Shown here piece by piece: positions 37,570 to 46,545 of a DNA stretch of 64,000 nt. The first letter of the stretch is position 1, and every line of letters begins with the position of its first letter. The position numbers were made by a program, and so were the translations under genes. The stretch is from Oscillospiraceae bacterium (GTDB lineage Bacteria; Bacillota; Clostridia; Oscillospirales; QAMX01). Below the pieces are notes generated by a model that saw only the letters and a program-made list of their open reading frames with translations, made no database searches and had not been told where the DNA came from. The stretch spans positions 1,729-65,728 of the forward strand of contig SVLY01000007.1 of assembly GCA_015067715.1 (NCBI GenBank), read 5' to 3'.

Positions 37570-39816
37570 CTAAAAGCGGTTGACCCAGCCGGCGAAGACA
37601 ACCATGGGAACGGTCCAGATAAGGTAGTAGAGCAGCATGTTCACGGGAGTTGCCGCCTCGTACCAGCCGAAATACGCCATGACCGCGCCGAAGGCAAGGC
37701 CTATAAGGGAGGATATGAGAGAGAAGATCAGTCCCACGCGGGATGCGGAGCGGGCTCTGTGGCAACCCACAAGGGTCTGGGCAAGGGCGCTTCCCGTGGG
37801 GTTGAGGGTGACGATGGCCTTTGCATCCAGAGTGTTTGCAGAGTTGGACATGACCGCGCGGATATTAGCCTTGGGGTAGACGACCTCGGCAGAGGGTATG
37901 CCGAAACGGTCCTGTATCATTGCGGAGGTGATGTTTACGTCCCTTGTGGCAAGGATCGGGAAATAGCCGTTGTGGTCAAGAAGGCTTACGGTGTAGTCGT
38001 TGGAGGAGGTCACGTCGTAATGCATGGCGTAAACGGCGATAAGTCTGTCCTCAACGGCACAGCAGATAGCCGTGCGGAGCTTGACGTCCTCGGGGGTCTT
38101 GATGCCGCAGCACTGAATAAAGGAGCAGGTGCCAACCATGACCTTTTTACCCTCAACGGTGCCGGTGTAGCCGCCGTTGTCGCTGATGGTGACGTCGGTC
38201 ACGGGGACAAGGGGAATGCAGAGCTTTCTGGCCTTGTCAACAAAGGGGTCTGCCAGAACGGTCTGGGCGGCAGAGAGAAGGCTTGCGGTGAGGGAGAGGG
38301 GAGTGTTTTCGTCGTCGGTCACCCGGGTGGCCTTGATGGAGACGGACTGGGAGGGGAAGAGGTCACGGTCCCGGAGCATAACGAAGCTTCTCCGTGCAAG
38401 GCGGCCGCAGGCGGCAACGCCGCCGGTGTTAACACCGTCACGGGCAAGGCGCTTTGAGAGCTTTGCGTGGGGCAGAACGTAGGCCAGGAAAAATCCCAGT
38501 GCGGGGGTAAAGCTGATTATAACGGACCAGTTCCAGAAGAAGGGAGTGCTTCCGCTTCCGAAATAGCTCACATAGACCGCAAGCAGAAGGGAAACTGCGA
38601 TGAGCACCGGGGCAAACCAGCGCATCATGCGGGTGACGGTGTCGTTTTCGGCAAAGCTGTTGAAAAAGCCGGAAAGGTCACGGGACGCCGCAGAGGCGTA
38701 GACGGTGTCGCCGTCGAATTTGTCCCGGAGGGGAGCGACGGTGTAGGCCGAGGTGAGACGGTGGGTCTTGATGATGGAGCTTCTGTAGGTGCGGACGCGG
38801 ATCCTGTCGCCGATAAGGGAGAACAGCAGACCCAGCGCCGGGAGCACGCAAACGGGAGCCAGCACCGGGGCAGCCTCGTCGCCGTACATGGTGCTCTTGT
38901 CGATTATTGATACAACGCAGTGACCGATGGAGGCCAGGGACGATGCAAAGATCAGCGAATCCGCCGTGGCGCGGAGGGTGAGAAGGGCGTAACAGCCGCC
39001 AAAATAGATGTCGTAGGCGGTGATGATAACGGCGCCCAGCAGAGCCATGGAGATAAGGGTGAACACGACGGGGTTGGAGGCGTAGCTCATAAACTCCGGC
39101 AGGGGCAGGTGGAGATAGCTTGCGGCGGTCATGTAGACCAGGGGCAGGCAGAATACCGTGGCAAGCACTGTGCGGACGGTGAGGGAGCGAAGCTCTTTGT
39201 CCAGCTTGCGGAGCATCTGACGGGGCTCGACCTTGGCGTGGCGGATGACCTTTTTGCGCAGGCTTGCCGGGACGGGAATACGCTTTTTGTTGTTGAGCGT
39301 TGCGGGAATAACGGCTCCGATGCTGCGCTTTTTAAGCTTTTTGGAGTTCAGCTTTTTGATGGCCTTGGAATTGGCCTTAAGCTGACGGCGCATATTGCGT
39401 ATGCTGTGGGCGCGCTTGCGGTAAGCATCGTCGTAAGCGCCGATGTCGATAACGTTGTCCTCTTCCTCGGAGCCCTCGACCTTCAGTTCCTCTGCAGAGG
39501 GCACAGGACGGCTGTTTACCCGGGATTTTTTGATGTTCTCGAAAAGCTCGGGCTGAACCTCTTCGGACTTTTCTTCGGGTTCAGGCTTGGGCTCGGGCTT
39601 AGGCTCGGGCTTAGGCTCGGGTTTGGGCTCGGGCTTGGGCTCCGGCTTGGGCTCGGGCTTAGGCTCGGGCTTAGGCTCGGGTTTGGGCTCGGCTTTAGGA
39701 GCGGGGGGAGTTGGAGGAGGGGCTTCCTTTTTGGGAGCGGGAGGAGTTTTTCCGCCGAACTCGGCAATTATGGATTCAAGGGAAAACTCGTCGTTGAACT
39801 TGTTGTCGTTGGCCAC
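37570..39816 (-). CDS. polytopic membrane protein: N-terminal (KPEP)n-repeat region + degenerate P1B-type ATPase-like body lacking catalytic motifs
   Basis: GTG start. Colinear with heavy-metal P-type ATPases, but DKTGT is replaced by LRDRDLF, CPC by FTP, TGD by ATRD, GDGxND by LNPTGS, and the actuator (TGES) region is missing. Confidence 0.55.
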   Translation of the reverse strand: MANDNKFNDEFSLESIIAEFGGKTPPAPKKEAPPPTPPAPKAEPKPEPKPEPKPEPKPEPKPEPKPEPKPEPKPEPKPEPEEKSEEVQPELFENIKKSRVNSRPVPSAEELKVEGSEEEDNVIDIGAYDDAYRKRAHSIRNMRRQLKANSKAIKKLNSKKLKKRSIGAVIPATLNNKKRIPVPASLRKKVIRHAKVEPRQMLRKLDKELRSLTVRTVLATVFCLPLVYMTAASYLHLPLPEFMSYASNPVVFTLISMALLGAVIITAYDIYFGGCYALLTLRATADSLIFASSLASIGHCVVSIIDKSTMYGDEAAPVLAPVCVLPALGLLFSLIGDRIRVRTYRSSIIKTHRLTSAYTVAPLRDKFDGDTVYASAASRDLSGFFNSFAENDTVTRMMRWFAPVLIAVSLLLAVYVSYFGSGSTPFFWNWSVIISFTPALGFFLAYVLPHAKLSKRLARDGVNTGGVAACGRLARRSFVMLRDRDLFPSQSVSIKATRVTDDENTPLSLTASLLSAAQTVLADPFVDKARKLCIPLVPVTDVTISDNGGYTGTVEGKKVMVGTCSFIQCCGIKTPEDVKLRTAICCAVEDRLIAVYAMHYDVTSSNDYTVSLLDHNGYFPILATRDVNITSAMIQDRFGIPSAEVVYPKANIRAVMSNSANTLDAKAIVTLNPTGSALAQTLVGCHRARSASRVGLIFSLISSLIGLAFGAVMAYFGWYEAATPVNMLLYYLIWTVPMVVFAGWVNRF
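39577..39692 (-). repeat. in-frame tandem repeat, 12-nt period (KPEP), with 60-nt higher-order duplication
   Basis: GGCTCGGGCTT(A/G) units. The 47-nt stretch 39586-39632 is identical to 39646-39692. Confidence 0.9.
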
Positions 39817-39833
39817 GGAATTGTCAGCTCCTT

Positions 39834-40694
39834 TCAGATTTTTGTAATACGCTGACGGACTGCCTCAAAAAGCAGAACGGCGGCCGCGGCGGAAACGTTA
39901 AGGGAGTTGACCCTGCCCGCCATGGGAATGCTCACAAGACCGTCACAGCTTTCTGCGGTAAGCCTGGAAAGACCGTCGCCCTCGCTGCCCATGACAAGGG
40001 CTGTGGGAAGGGTGAGGTCGGCTTCGTAAATAAGACGGCTCTCTCCGCCCTCTGCGCCCCAGACCCAGATGCCGCGCTCCTTGAGCTCACGGATGGCGGC
40101 GTTGAGGTTTGAGCATTTTGCAATGGGCAGGTGAAGCGCCGCGCCGGCAGAGGCCTTGACCACGGTGCCGGTAACGGATGCGCCCCTTCTGCGGGGGATG
40201 ATAATGCCGTGGGCACCGCTGACTTCCGCGCTGCGGATTATGGCGCCCAGGTTTCTGGGGTCCTCAACGTGGTCGCAGACCACGATAAGGGGTGCCGTGC
40301 CGGAGGCAAGAGCCTTGTCGATGAGCTCGCCTACGGAAATGTATTCACAGGGGGATACGAAGGCGATAACGCCCTGGTGAGCCCCGGTGGGGGACATTGC
40401 GTCCAGCTTGCGACGGTCGCATTTTACGATGACCGTTCCGCTTTCACGGCAACGGGAGACGATGGGTGTAAGCGAGCCCTTGTCAAGACCCTCGGCAATA
40501 AAGAGCTTTTCAATGGAGCGGCCGGAGCGCACAGCCTCGGAAAGGGCGTTTCTGCCCTCGATAAGGTATTCGCTGTCGTCACCGACCTCGCTTTTATAGG
40601 CCGGACGCTGTGCGGGAGCCTGATCTTTGGAGGTGTCGCGGCGGTAGGTGGGGCCGCCGGAGCGGCGGTCACCGTGGAATTTTTTGTCTGCCAT
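39834..40694 (-). CDS. rlmB: 23S rRNA (guanosine-2'-O)-methyltransferase RlmB (SpoU/TrmH family)
   Basis: Basic N-terminal tail, a SpoU substrate-binding domain, and C-terminal NLGAIIRSA...SLNVSAAAAV motifs. Confidence 0.75.
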   Translation of the reverse strand: MADKKFHGDRRSGGPTYRRDTSKDQAPAQRPAYKSEVGDDSEYLIEGRNALSEAVRSGRSIEKLFIAEGLDKGSLTPIVSRCRESGTVIVKCDRRKLDAMSPTGAHQGVIAFVSPCEYISVGELIDKALASGTAPLIVVCDHVEDPRNLGAIIRSAEVSGAHGIIIPRRRGASVTGTVVKASAGAALHLPIAKCSNLNAAIRELKERGIWVWGAEGGESRLIYEADLTLPTALVMGSEGDGLSRLTAESCDGLVSIPMAGRVNSLNVSAAAAVLLFEAVRQRITKI

Positions 40695-41794
40695 CAGAGA
40701 TACTTCCTTACAATTTCGTTCATTTCATCAAAATGGCGTTCCATGTCCAGAGCCAGAGTCAGCTGAGTGCGGGCGCGCTCAAGGTTGTGCTCGGGGCGGT
40801 GGATGCGGAAATACTTATCGCCCTCGAGATAGTCCAGCAGGAAGCGGGAGCCGACCTCAAGAGTCATAAGCAGAGCGCCGTAGGGCAGGAGCTTTATCTC
40901 CTCGTCGCCGAGAAAACCGGCAATGGCGCTGACGAAGCCGGAGGTGAAGCATTCGTAAAGGTCAAGGTCAAGCTTTACCTTGGAAAGGTCGGTCTCGTCC
41001 TCGGCGGCGGTGTTGGCGGCAAATCGGATAGCGTCGCCAAAGTCGTAGGCCGCAAGGCCGGGCATGACGGTGTCAAGGTCGATAACGCAGAGAGCGTCGT
41101 TGGTGGCGTCGTCTATGAGAATGTTGTTATACTTGGTGTCGTTGTGGGTGACCCGCAGGGGCAGAATGCCGGCCTCCTGCTTTTCCAGCAAAAAGCCCGA
41201 GAGGTGGCGGAACTTTTTGAGGATCTCGATCTCGGGCAGGGCGTTTTTAACTCTGCCGCAAACGTCGGCCTCAACACCGGCGAAAAAGTCGTCAAAGCGC
41301 TTGCGGGTGTTGTGGAAATTGGGGATGGTATCGTGGAGCTTTTCAATGGGGAAATCGGCAAGCTGGGTCTGGAAACGGCCGAAAGCGTAGCCTGCGTTTT
41401 TCAGGTGGATGGGGTTTTCAACGGAGTCGTAGGTGGAGGCATTGTCGATGTAGGTGTAGAGTCTCCAGTATTCCTCTTCTTCGTCCATGTAAAAAGTCTT
41501 TCCGTCTGCGGTGGGCACCACGGAGAGAGTCTCACGGGTGGTATCGCCGCCGGCAAGAGCTATCTTGTTGCGGAGAAAATCGGTTACGGCGCAAATGTTT
41601 TCCATGACCAGCTCGGGCTGCTTGAAAACGTATTTGTTGATCTTCTGCAGAGTGTAGGCAGATTCGGTGCCGTTTTCATCGGCGCAGGTGACACGGTAGG
41701 TGGAGTTGATGTGGCCGGTGTTTATGGGATCGAATTTCACGGCAGAGCCGGAGGTGGAGAACTGTTCAACGATTTTTGTAAGCCTGGAATCCAT
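40694..41794 (-). CDS. phosphotransferase family protein, N-acetylhexosamine 1-kinase (NahK)-like
   Basis: GHINSTYRV, LRVTHNDTKYNNIL, IDLDTVMPG, DFGDAIRF, and FLLDYLEGDKYF are colinear with Bifidobacterium NahK. Its stop overlaps the rlmB start (ATGA). Confidence 0.7.
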   Translation of the reverse strand: MDSRLTKIVEQFSTSGSAVKFDPINTGHINSTYRVTCADENGTESAYTLQKINKYVFKQPELVMENICAVTDFLRNKIALAGGDTTRETLSVVPTADGKTFYMDEEEEYWRLYTYIDNASTYDSVENPIHLKNAGYAFGRFQTQLADFPIEKLHDTIPNFHNTRKRFDDFFAGVEADVCGRVKNALPEIEILKKFRHLSGFLLEKQEAGILPLRVTHNDTKYNNILIDDATNDALCVIDLDTVMPGLAAYDFGDAIRFAANTAAEDETDLSKVKLDLDLYECFTSGFVSAIAGFLGDEEIKLLPYGALLMTLEVGSRFLLDYLEGDKYFRIHRPEHNLERARTQLTLALDMERHFDEMNEIVRKYL

Positions 41795-41831
41795 AACAGA
41801 AACCTTCCTTATATATTATTCGTGGGCTTTT

Positions 41832-42947
41832 TCAGCCGAAGACTTTTCTGAATTTGTCGGTGTAGTAGAGAATATTGTCCCACTTTGCATCGGGAGCGAT
41901 GCGGTGGTCGGGGCAGGGAATGTAGCCGCCCATTTCAACCAGGGGGCGGAGCCTTTCGATCTCTGCGTCTATTGCGGCGTAGTCCATGGCGAAAACTCTC
42001 TTGTCCATACCGCCCACGCCCCGGAGGGTGGGACCGTATTTTTCACGCCACGGCGCGATAGAGGCGTTCCAGGTTCCGACCTCGATGGGGAACATGGTGT
42101 TGACGCCGTTTTTGTGCCAGGTGGGTATGAGCGCGTCTATGCACCCGTCGCAGTCCAGGGAACAGATGTCGCACCCGTGCTCTTTGAGCAGAGAGGTTAT
42201 GCGGGCGTAGCCCGGACCGCAGTATTTTTCGAAGACCTCGGGGTTTACAAGCGGACCGTTTTTAAAGCAGATATCCTCCCAGAAGTGACCGAAGTCCGGC
42301 TTGAATCCGGCGTCCAGAATTGCCTTGACACCGTCGTAGCACACGTCGGACAGCCGGGCGAGGATCTCACCGAAAAGCTCTTCGTCGTCGGCGTACATGT
42401 AACAGGTGCCGGTAAAGCCAGCCCAGTTGCGGAACATTCCGTAAAGACTTCCGCAGTTTATGCCCACGGGGTAGACGGAGCTGTTAAGGCTTTGAGCCTG
42501 TTCGGGTGTGATTTTCGGCCAGCGGTGGGGAGTGCTTTCAAGCCTGTGGGAAAAATCCTTTTCCCAGCTTTCCCTGTCGCAGAGGGTGTGGGATATCTCG
42601 GAGGGGATGGAGACCTTTCCGGGCTTTTCCAGAACGATAACCCCGTCCCCGTTTTGCACGTGGCGGCTGCCGTCGGGAAACTCCTTTACCACCTTGTGCT
42701 CAAAGCCCGGGAGAAGCCCGTTGTTAAAGCCAACGCAGGGACCCCAGCCAAAGTCGAAGCCTAAAAGCTCGAAGACCTCGGCCTCGCCAAGATGGCGGTC
42801 GGTACCGTCCTCGTTCTTTTCAATGGGGATATAGCCCTGTTCCTCGAACATGGCATAACACTCGTCCCAAAAGCCGAAATGGACAACGGGAATGCGGTCT
42901 GCCTCTTTTCCGTGGAGAATGGCCATTGCTCTTTCGCGGTGGGTCAT
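41832..42947 (-). CDS. uroporphyrinogen decarboxylase (URO-D) family protein
   Basis: N-terminal MTHRERAMAILHGKEADRIP and a URO-D-like TIM barrel length. An alternative start at 42974 is possible. Confidence 0.65.
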   Translation of the reverse strand: MTHRERAMAILHGKEADRIPVVHFGFWDECYAMFEEQGYIPIEKNEDGTDRHLGEAEVFELLGFDFGWGPCVGFNNGLLPGFEHKVVKEFPDGSRHVQNGDGVIVLEKPGKVSIPSEISHTLCDRESWEKDFSHRLESTPHRWPKITPEQAQSLNSSVYPVGINCGSLYGMFRNWAGFTGTCYMYADDEELFGEILARLSDVCYDGVKAILDAGFKPDFGHFWEDICFKNGPLVNPEVFEKYCGPGYARITSLLKEHGCDICSLDCDGCIDALIPTWHKNGVNTMFPIEVGTWNASIAPWREKYGPTLRGVGGMDKRVFAMDYAAIDAEIERLRPLVEMGGYIPCPDHRIAPDAKWDNILYYTDKFRKVFG

Positions 42948-43148
42948 AGAAATGATCAGCCCCCTTTTGTGCATAGATACCTATTCTTTTACAGTATAGT
43001 ATAAATGCGCTGTTTTGTCAAGTTATTTCTATATAGAAGGGTTTTTGACACGCCCCCGGAGGGGATTTTTTCTTACGGGGGTAACAAGCCCGGCCGAGGG
43101 GTGAATAGTATGGTGTGAGATCGGAGCGGTAAGGGGGAAAAGGGACGT

Positions 43149-43958
43149 ATGCAGGTCATGCTTTTCGGCGGAGATATGCGAACGGTCCGGCTGGCCGGAT
43201 GTTTTGAAAGGGACGGAAACGGAGTTTTTCTTTGGGGGCTTGACAAGGCGGGTCTTCCTTCGGCGGAGCTTGGGCGCGTCCGGGATGCGGATTTGCTGGT
43301 TCTGCCCTACCCCTGCTTCGACGGGGAGCTTATCCGCGCGCCCTTTGGGACAGAGCGCCTGAGCTTTGATGAGCTATGCGCTCTTGCCGGGGATAGGCCT
43401 GTTTTTGCCGGAGCGCCGGGTATTGCAGGAAAAAACGGAGTGAAGCTCTTTGACTACGCAACGGAGCGCCTTCTTGCCCAAAACGCCCGGCTCACCGCAG
43501 AGGGTGCGCTGGCAATTGCCGTGAACGAAATGCCCGTTTCCCTTTCCGGGGCGGAGATACTGGTCTCCGGCTGCGGAAGGATAGGCCGGGAGCTGGCGGT
43601 GATGCTGGGCGCTCTGGGGGCAAGGGTGAGCATTCTTGCCTGGCGGCAGGAGAGTATCGTCTGGGCTCAGCGCCACGGGTGCGGACTTTACCGTGGCGGC
43701 GGCCTTGGCAGCTTTGACTGTGTTTTCAACACCGTGCCACGGTGTGTGTTTGACTACGGGGAGCTTAGCTCTGCGGGGGAGGATTGTCTCTTCGTGGAGC
43801 TCGCCAGCTCCCCGGGAGGTATCGACAGAGCTTCGGCGCGGACTCTTGGCCTGCGGCTTATATGCGCCCCGGGACTTCCGGGAAAGACCGCCCCGGCCAC
43901 CGCCGCCGAAATTATATATAAAGAGATAATGACTCTTTGGGAAACGGAGGAGATATGA
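43149..43958 (+). CDS. spoVFA: dipicolinate synthase subunit A
   Basis: Rossmann motif SGCGRIGRELA. Followed by the flavoprotein B subunit. Confidence 0.8.
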   Translation: MQVMLFGGDMRTVRLAGCFERDGNGVFLWGLDKAGLPSAELGRVRDADLLVLPYPCFDGELIRAPFGTERLSFDELCALAGDRPVFAGAPGIAGKNGVKLFDYATERLLAQNARLTAEGALAIAVNEMPVSLSGAEILVSGCGRIGRELAVMLGALGARVSILAWRQESIVWAQRHGCGLYRGGGLGSFDCVFNTVPRCVFDYGELSSAGEDCLFVELASSPGGIDRASARTLGLRLICAPGLPGKTAPATAAEIIYKEIMTLWETEEI

Positions 43959-43959
43959 G

Positions 43960-44541
43960 TTGACCCAAAATAACGGGATCCGCATCGGCTTTGCCCTTTG
44001 CGGTTCATTCTGTACCTTCGGCCGGGTTATCGGCGTTATGAAAGATCTTGCCCAAAAGGGCTATTCCATTTTGCCTATAATGAGCACGGCGGCATCCACC
44101 ACGGACACGCGCTTTGGAAAAGCGGAGGACTTTATTTCCGAGATAAGGGATATCTGCGGCGCCGAACCCGTGCTGACCATAGACCGGGCAGAGCCCATAG
44201 GCCCCAAAAAGCTCATCGACGTGCTTGTTGTGGAGCCCGCAACGGGAAACACCCTTGCAAAGCTTGCCGCAGGCATTGCGGACGGACCGGTGACCCTTGC
44301 GGTGAAGTCACAGCTTCGCAACGGCCGACCTGTGGTTATCGCCGTTTCCACCAACGACGCTCTCGGGGTGAACGCAAAAAGCATCGGTGTGCTTGCCGCG
44401 AGAAAGAATATCTATTTCGTCCCCTTCGGCCAGGATGACCCGGGGGCAAAGCCCTGCTCCGCGGTTGCGGATTTTTCCCGCACCGAGGAGGCCGTGCTCG
44501 CCGCCCTTGCGTCAAAACAGCTTCAGCCCCACCTGATATAG
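43960..44541 (+). CDS. spoVFB: dipicolinate synthase subunit B
   Basis: GFALCGSFCTF flavoprotein motif. TTG start 6 nt after a GGAGGAG SD. Confidence 0.85.
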   Translation: MTQNNGIRIGFALCGSFCTFGRVIGVMKDLAQKGYSILPIMSTAASTTDTRFGKAEDFISEIRDICGAEPVLTIDRAEPIGPKKLIDVLVVEPATGNTLAKLAAGIADGPVTLAVKSQLRNGRPVVIAVSTNDALGVNAKSIGVLAARKNIYFVPFGQDDPGAKPCSAVADFSRTEEAVLAALASKQLQPHLI

Positions 44542-44547
44542 ATAATG

Positions 44548-44589
44548 AAGGGACCGTCCCTCTTTTTTTGAGCGGACGGTCCCTTCGTT
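44548..44589 (+). terminator. rho-independent terminator
   Basis: 13-bp stem GAAGGGACCGTCC / GGACGGTCCCTTC. Confidence 0.75.
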
Positions 44590-44655
44590 TGCGAATAAAT
44601 ATCTCCTTTGACGGGAAGAATAGAGTTAAAGGTACTTTTTTGGGGAGGTCTTAGG

Positions 44656-45345
44656 TTGAAAATGATTTCGGCTGTGAGAAAGAACGGCCGCGCCCTTCGG
44701 GTCACGGCGGTTTTGTTACTTATCGTTGCTCTTACTTTGTCGCTGTCCTTTGGAACGGGCGCCAGCTATCGCCGGGGGGACAGCGGCGAAATGGTCACCC
44801 AGATACAGACCAAGCTGAAAAACTGGGGCTATTACACCGGTGAGGTGGACGGCATCTTCGGCTCACAGACGGAGAGCGCCGTGAGGTATTTTCAAAAGCG
44901 CAACGGCCTTGCCGTGGACGGCATAGTTGGCAGGCAGACTCTGTCGGCGCTGGGGCTTAAGGACACGGCGTCCTCCGGAGCGGGGGCCTATTCCTCGGAG
45001 ATACAGCTTCTTGCCCGTACCATTGCCGCAGAGGGCAGGGGGGAGAGCTATCTTGGACAGGTGGCAATCGGCGCGGTGATCATGAACCGTGTGGAGCACT
45101 CTTCCTTTCCCAACACCATCTCCGGGGTGGTCTACCAGGCGGGAGCCTTTGAGGCCGTGCTCAACGGCCACATATGGGAAACCCCTGTGCCGCAGAGCTG
45201 TATGCGCGCGGCTGTGGAGGCATATAACGGCTACGACCCCACCTACGGCTGTCTTTATTACTATAACCCGGCAAAGACCAGCAATGCGTGGATGACCTCC
45301 CGGCCGGTGCACATGGTCATCGGCTCACACTATTTCTGCAAATAG
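44656..45345 (+). CDS. sleB: spore cortex-lytic enzyme SleB-like (PG-binding domain + hydrolase_2 domain)
   Basis: GDSGEMVTQIQTKLKNWGYY...DGIFG PG-binding repeat and IAAEGRGESYLGQVAIGAVIMNR. TTG 44656 lies 7 nt after GGAGG. ATG 44662 is an alternative start. Confidence 0.8.
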   Translation: MKMISAVRKNGRALRVTAVLLLIVALTLSLSFGTGASYRRGDSGEMVTQIQTKLKNWGYYTGEVDGIFGSQTESAVRYFQKRNGLAVDGIVGRQTLSALGLKDTASSGAGAYSSEIQLLARTIAAEGRGESYLGQVAIGAVIMNRVEHSSFPNTISGVVYQAGAFEAVLNGHIWETPVPQSCMRAAVEAYNGYDPTYGCLYYYNPAKTSNAWMTSRPVHMVIGSHYFCK

Positions 45346-45435
45346 GCCGGGAAGAATAAAAGAATTTGCTTGTTTTTTCCCTTCTGTGATGATATACTTT
45401 TAAGGCAGACATTACAGAAGGGAGCTTTTTTTATT

Positions 45436-46332
45436 ATGACACCCATGGTTTTTGCCGCGGCATCTCTTGGGGATAAACTGGACACCGTCTTTTACGGCTT
45501 TGACATGGCCGTGTTTGAGTTCTTCGGAAGCATTCAGTCCGGATTTATGACCCAGGCCGCAAAGTTTTTCACGTCCTTCGGAGACAGCGTTTTCGTGGCT
45601 CTGCTGGCGGTGCTTGCGGTGGTGCTCAGCCTTTTCAAGCGCACCAGAAAATACGGCTTTTCGATCCTGCTCTCCATCCTCATCGGCACCCTTATAACAA
45701 ATATCGTTCTCAAGCCCTGGGTGCTCCGCATCCGCCCCTATAACACTCTTCAGGGCGATCCCGACTACTGGAGCTGGTACGTGGGAGCGGGAATGCTGTC
45801 CGAATCGGACTATTCCTTCCCCTCGGGACACGTTACCGCCGCTTTTGAGATCGCAACGGCAATGTTCCTCTGCTTCTGGACGGAGGGAAAGAAAAAGCTT
45901 GCATGGGTCTTCCCGGCGCTGGGCTTTATCGTGCTGTGCACAAGGCTTTACCTCATGGTCCACTACGCCTCCGACGTTCTCTTTGGCGTTCTTGCCGGTG
46001 TTTTCGGCGGCGTTTGCGGCTATCTGCTTGGATATCTTTGCCGCCGGATCGCCCTTAAGGTCAAATTTCTGGACGCCATCGACCTTGAACGGCTGTTCAA
46101 AAAAGGCGTGAACACCAAAGCCGCAAAGATCGCCGTCTGGGCGTGCGTTGGACTAATCTTCTGCGCCAGCTACGTGCCGCTGCTCTTCGAAGGCGGTGAG
46201 GAAGCCCACAGATGCGCCTACGTGGGCGAATACGACTGTCAGAACGAAGCCCGTGTGGACGACGACGATTATCCCCCCATCGACGGAAAGTTCTACTGCA
46301 AGATCCACTGGAACCAGCTTAGCGGAAAGTAA
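45436..46332 (+). CDS. PAP2 family phosphatase (membrane) with Cys-rich C-terminal tail
   Basis: KPWVLRIRP, PSGH, and MVHYASD acid-phosphatase motifs. C-terminal CAYVGEYDCQNE...KFYCKIHW. Confidence 0.8.
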   Translation: MTPMVFAAASLGDKLDTVFYGFDMAVFEFFGSIQSGFMTQAAKFFTSFGDSVFVALLAVLAVVLSLFKRTRKYGFSILLSILIGTLITNIVLKPWVLRIRPYNTLQGDPDYWSWYVGAGMLSESDYSFPSGHVTAAFEIATAMFLCFWTEGKKKLAWVFPALGFIVLCTRLYLMVHYASDVLFGVLAGVFGGVCGYLLGYLCRRIALKVKFLDAIDLERLFKKGVNTKAAKIAVWACVGLIFCASYVPLLFEGGEEAHRCAYVGEYDCQNEARVDDDDYPPIDGKFYCKIHWNQLSGK

Positions 46333-46333
46333 A

Positions 46334-46496
46334 GAGTTATATTCGCCTTGCGGCGAGTTATATTTGCCTTGCGGCAAGTTATATTCGCCTTTGGCGAGTT
46401 AGCTTGAACTGAGGCCAAACTCGGCGCAGCCGAATATAACTTGGACGAAGTCCAAATATAACTGCGAAGCAATATAACTGCGAAGCAATATAACTC
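46334..46496. repeat. 163-bp MITE-like palindromic element with 10-bp perfect terminal inverted repeats and 3+4 subterminal GTTATAT heptamers
   Basis: GAGTTATATT (46334-43) pairs with AATATAACTC (46487-96). Forward GTTATAT sits at 46336, 46357 and 46378 (21-bp phase). Reverse ATATAAC sits at 46434, 46456, 46472 and 46488. Confidence 0.85.
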
Positions 46497-46500
46497 AAAC

Positions 46501-46532
46501 AAGGCACTTTTCCGGAATCGGAAAGGTGCCTT
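46501..46532. terminator. bidirectional terminator hairpin
   Basis: AAGGCACTTTTCCG-GAAT-CGGAAAGGTGCCTT between convergent genes. Confidence 0.7.
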
Positions 46533-46545
46533 GCTTGATATGTTT

